From: a virus
DNA length: 38,361 nucleotides
IMG/VR virus record: IMGVR_UViG_3300010236_000004
Span: 1 to 38,361 of that record
Direction: 5' to 3' (one strand)
Shown here: piece after piece, positions 32,464 through 38,361 of the stretch
How the letters are laid out: every line of letters starts with the position of its first letter
How positions within the stretch are numbered: the first letter of the stretch is position 1
The notes under the pieces: model-generated
What the model was told of the DNA's origin: nothing
The model's database searches: none
The model's input: only the letters and a program-made list of their open reading frames with translations
Made by a program: the position numbers and the translations under genes

Positions 32464-32969
32464 TGCTCAGAAGCCTCCCGCTCCTGCTGAAACGACTTCA
32501 CCGCTTTGAACAGCTCAGCCGCCAAACTATCCTCGGACTTGTCCTCAACCAGGGCAGCGACACGAGTCCGCTCCGCCGGTGTCAACCCGAACTCAGACAA
32601 CATCGACCGGACCTGATCCCATCCCTTGTTGACGATGCTCAGCCACGGGCTTTGATACAATCCACCATTCGCACCTTCAAGAACTTCGCCCCCCTCTTCC
32701 CTCATTTTTTCGCTGGCATACTTCATCCGGCCGTATGCCTGGCACAGCAATTCCAGCGCAATCTTGTCACCATAAGAGAATAGACCAGCATCCAGCAGCA
32801 ATTTTCCAAGCTCACGCCATAACTCTTCGCCATGCTGATTCAATCCATCGGGCACTCGAAGCATTCTTTCCGGTATCGGAAACTCAGCTTCGTTCTTCAA
32901 CACCCGATCGGGCCTTGCTGTTCCCTTCAGCTCTTTGATCGCAGTCGGAATCGGTTTTCTACCCGCCAT
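32460..32969 (-). CDS. terS: Terminase small subunit, P27 family.
   Basis: MAGRKPIPTAIKELKGTARPDRVLKNEAEF is the P27-family N-terminal signature. ATG at 32969; ATGA overlap with terL. Confidence 0.85.
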   Translation of the reverse strand: MAGRKPIPTAIKELKGTARPDRVLKNEAEFPIPERMLRVPDGLNQHGEELWRELGKLLLDAGLFSYGDKIALELLCQAYGRMKYASEKMREEGGEVLEGANGGLYQSPWLSIVNKGWDQVRSMLSEFGLTPAERTRVAALVEDKSEDSLAAELFKAVKSFQQEREASEQ

Positions 32970-33086
32970 TTTCGCAACTCCCCCCATGCCCCCATTTTGA
33001 CGCCGCGTGAGCAAGATTGCCGCAACGGTCATCAAAGTGACCAACCCTGGTGATTTTTACGCCCCTACCTACCTTCTTCAATAAGA

Positions 33087-33440
33087 TCAACCTTCCTTTT
33101 TATTCCAGTTGTGTCCTGCTTTAGCATGCAGCCTACTGTGACAACTCGCACATAACGCCATCAGGTTCCTCGGACTATCGGGGCCACCATTGCGGCGCCT
33201 TATAATATGGTGTGCAACTGTCGCAGGCTTGCCGCACTTCTCGCAGTACGGATTGTCTCGCAAGAATTTCGCCCTGATCCGCTGCCATCGGGCATCATAG
33301 CCCCTGTCACTTGCGGATCCCCGGTTTGCCTCCTGCCGGGCCTCATATTCCTTCTGATGCTTCTCGCACCTCGAATCCCTTCCTCTCACAAGGTTGGGGC
33401 AACCAGGTACGGAGCATGCTCGGGCTGCCTTATAGGGCAT
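33087..33440 (-). CDS. HNH endonuclease (terminase-associated type).
   Basis: CSVPGCPNLV...CEKCGKPATVAHHIIRRRNGGPDSPRNLMALCASCHSRLH. Located immediately upstream of terS, as in HK97-like cos phages. Confidence 0.85.
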   Translation of the reverse strand: MPYKAARACSVPGCPNLVRGRDSRCEKHQKEYEARQEANRGSASDRGYDARWQRIRAKFLRDNPYCEKCGKPATVAHHIIRRRNGGPDSPRNLMALCASCHSRLHAKAGHNWNKKEG

Positions 33441-34509
33441 CGTAAACCTCCGGGTGCAAGGCCAGCAGCTTATCCAGGTCGGCTTCGATCCTGTCAAGTC
33501 GCTGTTCAATCGTTGGCTCCTCCACGGGTGGAGATGGGGGGGCGATCTTTGTCATGTATGATCCACCGACCCAACCCCTATCTATGCGGTACCAGCCGTT
33601 CTCGACCCCATATACAGGCTCAACATCACCCTCCACCAGATGATCAACAATCGGCCAGGCTGTACTCGGTCCCGTTCTGATGCGAAGCGCTTCTGCTTCA
33701 CACATCGCATAAAACATGAAATCATCCTCATCAACGGGATCATCCTCATAGCCGGCACCGTCCCACTTGAATGAGCTGATCGCATCCCACAGCTCAGGGA
33801 AGCGATTAAAGGCATGATCATAATTCCAGAAGTTACATCCCTTCACACCAAGCCTCTTGGCTGCATCCATGAACGCATTCACTTCGTCCGGATAAGCACG
33901 CCAGCCGTGCTCACTGAAGGCGGCTCCCGTCGGGAAAATCGGCACCTGTGGGTATTGCGGCTGTTTGAATTCAGCATAGCAGCGCTCCATCTGAGCGCCA
34001 GCGTTGGTTGCCATCATCCAGTACACCTGGGGCATGTTGATATCAACCTTGCTCAGGAATTCCTGCCAGGGAAACTCTTGATGATACGAAGGGAACCTGA
34101 AGGATGATAAGGCGATCGGACAATAACCGTTCAATGCCCTTCGCAGCTTATCCATGTAAATCTCTGCCGATGCATGTTTACCCTTATAAGCACTCTCAGC
34201 ATTGACAATAAACCCGTCCAAATCCAGCTCTATAGCCCGCTTGATTGCCATATTTGCTTCGGCTTCCGGAGCGTTTCCATAAACGAACTGCCAGCCCCAC
34301 GCCTGAATGCCACGGGCGTGCAGCTCAGTGACCAGGGCGGCCGCCTTGTCCCCCACGGCATTGGATATGTTGTAGGTATATCCAGCATCAGCGACCTTTA
34401 TCGCAGCATGCGACAACCCTGCATCTTTGCAGGATTCAGCTATCTGCTTCGGGTCATCCGTGTCTTTGATGATCCAGATATAAATGCCCTTTCCGCTCAG
34501 GTCACCCAT
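33430..34509 (-). CDS. Putative endolysin: TIM-barrel glycoside-hydrolase-like domain plus a C-terminal SH3b-like domain.
   Basis: GKGIYIWIIKD...IKVADAGYTYN...GIQAWGWQFVYG...DGFIVNAES pattern. C-terminal EALRIRTGPSTAWPIVDHLVEGDVEPVYGVENGWYRI is SH3b-like. Located in the lysis cassette. The catalytic family is not resolved. Confidence 0.55.
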   Translation of the reverse strand: MGDLSGKGIYIWIIKDTDDPKQIAESCKDAGLSHAAIKVADAGYTYNISNAVGDKAAALVTELHARGIQAWGWQFVYGNAPEAEANMAIKRAIELDLDGFIVNAESAYKGKHASAEIYMDKLRRALNGYCPIALSSFRFPSYHQEFPWQEFLSKVDINMPQVYWMMATNAGAQMERCYAEFKQPQYPQVPIFPTGAAFSEHGWRAYPDEVNAFMDAAKRLGVKGCNFWNYDHAFNRFPELWDAISSFKWDGAGYEDDPVDEDDFMFYAMCEAEALRIRTGPSTAWPIVDHLVEGDVEPVYGVENGWYRIDRGWVGGSYMTKIAPPSPPVEEPTIEQRLDRIEADLDKLLALHPEVYDAL

Positions 34510-35071
34510 TGTCACGCTCCTGGTAGTAAGCCTTGATTTCACGGATCTGGTTCTCAAGTTCCTTGATCCGTTTACGCTGGCTCTCGACCTGCTTTTTCAG
34601 GACTTCATTCTCTCTGCGATATTCTTGATTTTCCGCTTCGTAGCGGCTCAGCTTTTCTTCGAGGGCCACTATGTTCGCCTCCCTGAGCCCGATTTCCGAT
34701 TCGAGCCGGTCCAGTTTGCCTTCTAATTTGTTAATTATTTCATCCTGATTAGCCTTCTCACATCGCAGTGAAGCCAGCTCCTGGATCACATCCCTCAACC
34801 GTTCCTGCAGATCATCGATCAAGAACTTCTGCCCCTCTATCGCCTTGGCAGCAGCATCATTTGTCAGCTTATGCAGAGTTGCTTCCGTGATATTAATTGT
34901 GTGATTTGCTTCTGCATCCGCTTTTCTTGCCTCTGCCTCGGTCTTTTTGATTTCTGCCGTTCTTTGAGGTTTCGAGAACAAAAAAATCACAAGCGCAGTC
35001 ACACCACCAACGGCACCTAATGCCGGCAAGATGAATGATTGGAATACGTCCAGTAATGTTTTATCTATCAT
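34502..35071 (-). CDS. Membrane-anchored coiled-coil protein; a lysis accessory candidate.
   Basis: N-terminal TM helix (ILPALGAVGGVTALVIFLF) followed by a long coiled coil. Lies between the holin-like and endolysin genes. Confidence 0.45.
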   Translation of the reverse strand: MIDKTLLDVFQSFILPALGAVGGVTALVIFLFSKPQRTAEIKKTEAEARKADAEANHTINITEATLHKLTNDAAAKAIEGQKFLIDDLQERLRDVIQELASLRCEKANQDEIINKLEGKLDRLESEIGLREANIVALEEKLSRYEAENQEYRRENEVLKKQVESQRKRIKELENQIREIKAYYQERDNG

Positions 35072-35085
35072 GGATTAGGCTTTAC

Positions 35086-35436
35086 TTAGCCTTCGCCATA
35101 ATTTATATTACCCAGCATTTTCTCAACGATCTTTTTGAGCAAGTCCTTCACAGTGTCATATAACATGCTCGCAAACCATCCAGATAACAGACCGTAGATC
35201 GCATAAGAAAACCATGCAAACCAGGTATAACCAAAGGCGCCAACCCCAGCCTGGTAGCCGCCGGAAATCACAAGCCCGATCACAAGGGCGGCAACGAATT
35301 GCCATTTCCCTTCCAGACCGAACTTATCCCCGGCTGCATAGGTCAACCCGATCACTAGCAGGATGATCGGAATCCCAAACACACTGGCAGACAAAAAAGC
35401 AGAGCTAACGGCTGCCCAATCGATAATCTCAAACAT
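35086..35436 (-). CDS. Putative holin (multi-pass membrane protein).
   Basis: 116 aa with 3-4 hydrophobic segments and a charged C-terminus. First gene of the late operon, upstream of the endolysin. Confidence 0.55.
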   Translation of the reverse strand: MFEIIDWAAVSSAFLSASVFGIPIILLVIGLTYAAGDKFGLEGKWQFVAALVIGLVISGGYQAGVGAFGYTWFAWFSYAIYGLLSGWFASMLYDTVKDLLKKIVEKMLGNINYGEG

Positions 35437-35462
35437 AGAAACCTCTTTCGCTAGTTGAACTT

Positions 35463-35515
35463 AAACAAAAATGCCCGGACACGGACACCATCTTTACTGA
35501 TGCACATGTCCGGGC
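35463..35515 (-). terminator. Intrinsic terminator within the late leader.
   Basis: On the minus strand, 9-bp GC-rich arms GCCCGGACA / UGUCCGGGC flank a 25-nt loop that could form an inner CAUC/GAUG helix, followed by AUUUUUGUUU. Confidence 0.55.
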
Positions 35516-35608
35516 GGCAAACTCCGGCTTGCACTATATGGGTTCGTTATAAATCGCTATACGAAATATAAATATACGCAAAAAATAACGAACGGTTGTT
35601 CTGAATCT

Positions 35609-35637
35609 ATTGTAGCATAGAAGATTCAGGAATTCAA
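35609..35637 (-). promoter_or_regulatory. Candidate late promoter (TTGAAT, 17-nt spacer, TACAAT with an extended -10 TG), bracketed by an 8-bp dyad.
   Basis: The minus strand reads TTGAAT tcctgaatcttctaTGc TACAAT. The inverted repeat CTGAATCT / AGATTCAG (35601-35608 / 35622-35629) flanks the -10. Confidence 0.5.
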
Positions 35638-35651
35638 TAGAAAAATAACAG

Positions 35652-35876
35652 CTATTTTCTTATATTACTTAATCCAAATAGGACAAGGATAATTCCAAGT
35701 ACTCCTGTTAATAGGGCAAGCCCACAACCTTTACTCATTGCTGATCCAACTTTTCGTTGACGACCGCTTTTAGTCCAGGGTACACCCGTACTTCTTGATA
35801 TCTTTTGTTTTGCTTTTGTAATTCCCGTAGCACGCTTCCAGGAAAATCCACCTTTGTTTGGAATATTTACTCCCAA
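35652..35876 (-). CDS. Small basic protein with a C-terminal TM anchor (TTG start, uncertain).
   Basis: GGFSWKRATGITKAKQKISRSTGVPWTKSGRQRKVG resembles a recurrent small-protein motif. There is no ATG or SD at the 5' end. Lies in the AT-rich island. Confidence 0.35.
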   Translation of the reverse strand: MGVNIPNKGGFSWKRATGITKAKQKISRSTGVPWTKSGRQRKVGSAMSKGCGLALLTGVLGIILVLFGLSNIRK

Positions 35877-35958
35877 ATATTATGACTATATTTAAATACT
35901 ATGATATCATAAATTCGATTCCAGGTCTTTAAAATTCTAAAAGAAAAGAGGTGCTAAC

Positions 35959-36321
35959 ATGTCGAAACGTGTTGGTCTGATTATTTCCTTAGTCATCATA
36001 CTATTTTCATTTATCTTTTGTCTTTTTAGTTGCTTTAGTAAAGAAGAAATCCCGGATGGTGATTATATCGCCATTGATTATGCTATTGTTTTTGAGGTAC
36101 CTGATTATTATAAAGAAGGTCTAGAAATAGATACATTGCATGAAGGAGATTCACTATACTTACCCGAAGGTTATGATGACCTTTATTGTGAGCCCGCAAA
36201 TGATAATGGAGAAATTCTTGATTATGCTCCAATTATGTGTCTTGTCGAGATTGAACATCGCGGTGAACGTGTACGGGGTTGGGTTTTGAGAGAAGATATA
36301 AAACGTAACAGAAATAAATAA
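35959..36321 (+). CDS. Putative lipoprotein; a moron on the opposite strand.
   Basis: AAGAGGTG SD upstream. Signal peptide MSKRVGLIISLVIILFSFIFCLFSC carries a lipobox-like LFSC. AT-rich, and the only plus-strand gene in this region. Confidence 0.55.
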   Translation: MSKRVGLIISLVIILFSFIFCLFSCFSKEEIPDGDYIAIDYAIVFEVPDYYKEGLEIDTLHEGDSLYLPEGYDDLYCEPANDNGEILDYAPIMCLVEIEHRGERVRGWVLREDIKRNRNK

Positions 36322-36326
36322 TTGGT

Positions 36327-36545
36327 TTAGGTATTTCTTCTTTTTAACAACAACCGCTCAAGCCGGCGCTGGTTGAGCGAATAGTGAAACTCCTCCCCGC
36401 ACTGGGCACAGTTCCCGTGAATCTCCGTCACGATCAAGCCGCCAACCTGTATCAGCTCTTCGTCTTCAACGTCAACCATACGCCCAATTGTCCCGCCACA
36501 TTTTGCACACGAGATCACATCTACATATACAGCCGGTAGCACCAT
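36327..36545 (-). CDS. Small Zn-ribbon protein (72 aa).
   Basis: The ATG at 36545 (AAGGA upstream) is preferred to the track start at 36632. Carries CAKCGG...CAQCGEEF cysteine pairs. Confidence 0.5.
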   Translation of the reverse strand: MVLPAVYVDVISCAKCGGTIGRMVDVEDEELIQVGGLIVTEIHGNCAQCGEEFHYSLNQRRLERLLLKRRNT

Positions 36546-36561
36546 AATGTTTATCCTTGAT

Positions 36562-36792
36562 TTATTTTCTTGACAACTTCTCATGCAGCTTCTCATTCTC
36601 TGGATGTCTGTAAGGATTATAAATATAGTCAATCACATCCCAACTATCACGCCTGGTCAACCTGAAGCCTGCAATCTCATATTTTCCAGCACGGATCAAC
36701 CGTTTCGCCTTCCTTCGCTCCTTGCGATTGTAATATCGCTGGAACCAGTGAAGCTTGATCTTGTCGAATGGCTTCCTGTAAGACCGGCTCAT
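36562..36792 (-). CDS. Small basic hypothetical protein.
   Basis: 76 aa, Arg/Lys-rich. GAAGGG SD-like sequence upstream. Confidence 0.45.
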   Translation of the reverse strand: MSRSYRKPFDKIKLHWFQRYYNRKERRKAKRLIRAGKYEIAGFRLTRRDSWDVIDYIYNPYRHPENEKLHEKLSRK

Positions 36793-36920
36793 AACCCTTC
36801 AGCTTTCAGCAGAGTTTTATAGCCTTGGGCTTAATCATGGCTTTTCACCCTTGGCGGCTGCCCCTTGCAGGATCTACCAATATTTCCGGACTGCAACCAT
36901 GCGGGGCCATTATAAAATAT

Positions 36921-37109
36921 CTATCTCAACGCTCCAAATCTTCCACGCTCCAGCTCCTCATTCACCAGGCGATTGTATTCGATCATCGCCCTGGCAATAT
37001 TCGTCTTATGCGTGCAGCCAACCTTGCCGATCTCTTCCTGAGCTTCACTCAAATAAATCTGGATAATTTCAAACGAATATTTCAGGTTTTCCAGTTCTTC
37101 ACGTGTCAT
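36921..37109 (-). CDS. Small hypothetical protein.
   Basis: 62 aa. GGGAGAGCAGG upstream of the ATG. Sits in the series of coupled small genes. Confidence 0.45.
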   Translation of the reverse strand: MTREELENLKYSFEIIQIYLSEAQEEIGKVGCTHKTNIARAMIEYNRLVNEELERGRFGALR

Positions 37110-37121
37110 CCTGCTCTCCCA

Positions 37122-37244
37122 TCAGAAAAACTTCACCAATGCGATAACCAGCAACGCCAGCAAAACATCCAGAATAATTCCCAAAAACACTCCAACAATC
37201 AGCTCTCTTGCCGGCGCCAGCCTGTCACTATCATCATCCATCAT
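37122..37244 (-). CDS. Small membrane protein (40 aa), below the ORF-track cutoff.
   Basis: MMDDDSDRLAPARELIVGVFLGIILDVLLALLVIALVKFF. Overlaps the upstream gene end. Confidence 0.35.
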   Translation of the reverse strand: MMDDDSDRLAPARELIVGVFLGIILDVLLALLVIALVKFF

Positions 37245-37449
37245 GTTCCTTATCCTCTTCAAAATCCACGAAACGATATAATTCCTTCGGCTCCCATTCA
37301 GTGATCGTCAAAAACAATTCAGGCTCTTCGATAACGGCACGTCTGTACGCCTCAGCTTCTTTCCTGGTCTTGTAGGTCTTCACAGCCACACCCGAAAGGC
37401 GTACGATATGAGCCTTGCCGTCTGATTCCTCAACTATCGCATCATCCAT
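37234..37449 (-). CDS. Small hypothetical protein.
   Basis: 71 aa, acidic. Overlaps its neighbours. Confidence 0.45.
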   Translation of the reverse strand: MDDAIVEESDGKAHIVRLSGVAVKTYKTRKEAEAYRRAVIEEPELFLTITEWEPKELYRFVDFEEDKEHDG

Positions 37450-37556
37450 AACCAGAAGCCATAATCAACCAGGGCGAAACCTAACGTCACGATTCCGATC
37501 ACCAGGAATAAATAAAAAATTAGGTCTTCGAGCTTGTCACCTTGTCGTCTAAACAT
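37434..37556 (-). CDS. Small membrane protein (40 aa), below the ORF-track cutoff.
   Basis: MFRRQGDKLEDLIFYLFLVIGIVTLGFALVDYGFWLWMMR. GGAAGGGA upstream of the ATG. Overlaps the next ATG. Confidence 0.35.
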   Translation of the reverse strand: MFRRQGDKLEDLIFYLFLVIGIVTLGFALVDYGFWLWMMR

Positions 37557-37569
37557 TGCAATCCCTTCC

Positions 37570-37600
37570 GGGAGCGCCGGCTGCAATTACCGACGCTCCC
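37570..37600 (-). other. Strong RNA hairpin (11-bp stem, 9-nt loop) in a 258-bp non-coding gap of the leftward operon.
   Basis: The minus strand reads GGGAGCGUCGG-uaauugcag-CCGGCGCUCCC. All 11 pairs form on the minus strand (one is G.U), whereas the plus strand would have a C.A mismatch. Confidence 0.45.
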
Positions 37601-37814
37601 TTTTCAAAGGAGAAGAAAAAAATGGGTTGCACCTCAGCGTGGGTCAATCGCTGAATATGATGCCGTAGATGATTCCTTCCGGCGCTGGTTGCAAAGCGAA
37701 CCCTTATCCAGTTATTTACCAGCACCGGTTTTATTGATCAGCCGGATCTAAATCTTGATATCTACTCCTTTCTACAACATAAATTGAATTTCATCCAGAT
37801 GATCCGGCCGTATC

Positions 37815-37985
37815 TCACGAAGTTTTATAAGCCCGCTTCAAATCTAGATACCTCCGCCTGGCACCCGTTGCCACGTGCGTGCTCTTGATTGTCCTTCCGT
37901 GGCGCTTCATGTGCATGTACCAGCGCTCTTTGTGCGGCTCGAAGCCGGCCTGTTTACGCAGCGCTCTCGCTTTTTTCGCATTCAT
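37815..37985 (-). CDS. Small basic protein (56 aa), below the ORF-track cutoff.
   Basis: GGAGG lies 10 nt upstream of the ATG at 37985. Product MNAKKARALRKQAGFEPHKERWYMHMKRHGRTIKSTHVATGARRRYLDLKRAYKTS. Confidence 0.45.
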   Translation of the reverse strand: MNAKKARALRKQAGFEPHKERWYMHMKRHGRTIKSTHVATGARRRYLDLKRAYKTS

Positions 37986-38184
37986 AAAAATCTAACCTCC
38001 ATTCACAAAATCCGTTACATTTTTCAGCGACTATCCTCTTTGATCCAAATCTTACCCTGATCAATATTAAGGTTCGGCTTCCGCAAATAGGGCATCTTCC
38101 CTTTTCTGAAAGTGCCCAGTAATCCTTACGAGGCCAAAATTCAGGTTGATTAATCATCGGTTGGATCGGGTTCTGGCCAACCAT
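37954..38184 (-). CDS. Small Zn-ribbon protein.
   Basis: CPICGS...CNGFCEW. An alternative ATG at 38157 gives an 8-nt ATGATTAA overlap with the upstream stop. Confidence 0.5.
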   Translation of the reverse strand: MVGQNPIQPMINQPEFWPRKDYWALSEKGRCPICGSRTLILIRVRFGSKRIVAEKCNGFCEWRLDFYECEKSESAA

Positions 38185-38361
38185 GTTTCGTGGTAATTTT
38201 CCCAGTTACTTGATCGTGAGGATAAAATATTTCCTTTTGATCATGGTCAACACACGGCACTGTGATTTTCGCAGTCCGTGCTTTCACGTTCATCTCAGCA
38301 GCATCAGACTTGATTCCTATCTCTTCCCTGGATACGCAGTATTGCAAATCGCTCTCAAACT
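38150..38361 (-). CDS. 3' part of the junction-spanning gene (see 1..239).
   Basis: Track ORF 38150..38347 is in frame with the ATG at 239 once the 67-bp overlap is collapsed. Confidence 0.5.
   Translation of the reverse strand, partial: FESDLQYCVSREEIGIKSDAAEMNVKARTAKITVPCVDHDQKEIFYPHDQVTGKITTKHGWPEPDPTDD
38295..38361. repeat. Terminal direct repeat; second copy of bases 1-67.
   Basis: Identical 67-mer at both ends of the window. Confidence 0.95.

Noticed and set aside
37542-37751. Plus-strand 69-aa ORF overlapping the strong hairpin at 37570-37600.
   Set aside because: It has a TTG-type start, no SD and an Arg-rich shadow composition, and it lies in a minus-strand transcription unit. The hairpin pairs better on the minus strand.
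1-38361. Search by eye for an integrase or recombinase, tRNA genes, CRISPR arrays and a second DGR variable region.
   Set aside because: No ORF shows tyrosine or serine recombinase motifs. I saw no tRNA-like T-arm/acceptor pattern or spacer-repeat array. No other protein carries the GGxWxxGxxAG...WNL VR scaffold. This was a manual scan, so short or degenerate elements could have been missed.

Overview
The window is a complete, circularly closed tailed-phage genome. Bases 1-67 repeat at 38295-38361, so the unique length is 38294 bp. It looks siphovirus-like, with an HK97-type head and a non-contractile tail, and coding density is high under the standard genetic code.

Layout:
- **Early/replication operon (plus strand, 0.7-9.3 kb):** Cro-like HTH, a lambda-O-like initiator with four internal iterons, a G39P-like loader, an ASCH-like protein, a Lar-like::HTH fusion, Gp37/Gp68, an HslV-like Ntn hydrolase, RusA, Zn-ribbon/DUF551 genes, and AT-rich unknowns.
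- **Late operon (minus strand, about 35.6 kb down to 9.6 kb):** promoter-leader-terminator, holin-like protein, membrane coiled-coil protein, endolysin, HNH, TerS (P27), TerL, portal::MuF, prohead protease, and major capsid protein. These are followed by a methyltransferase/glycosyltransferase trio, adaptor, head closure, gp10-like protein, the DGR insertion, DUF3168, and the major tail protein. The operon ends with G/GT chaperones (A_AAA_AAC -1 frameshift), tape measure, distal tail proteins, a DNRLRE-domain protein, and a metallophosphoesterase.
- **Leftward operon (minus strand, 36.3-38.3 kb, wrapping into 1-0.6 kb):** small Zn-ribbon and membrane proteins, driven from a divergent promoter/operator region at 631-727.

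The main discovery is a complete diversity-generating retroelement (DGR). TR (20243-20344) and VR (20426-20527) differ at 16 positions, all at TR adenines, and the TR carries 11 AAC codons. The reverse transcriptase has YVDD and IGNYTSQ motifs.

The DGR target is not a tip fibre. It is a second copy of the major tail (tube) protein, about 80% identical over 133 aa, fused to a roughly 440-aa extension that ends in the variable lectin-type region. No Avd-like gene is visible.

Other notable items:
- a capsid-adjacent methyltransferase/glycosyltransferase module;
- a 22-bp element present four times in the portal/protease region, three of them in frame;
- a 94-bp structured leader present twice;
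- a DUF551 domain split by an in-frame TAA.

I found no integrase, tRNA or CRISPR array by eye. All homology calls rest on motif recognition and were not checked by database search.
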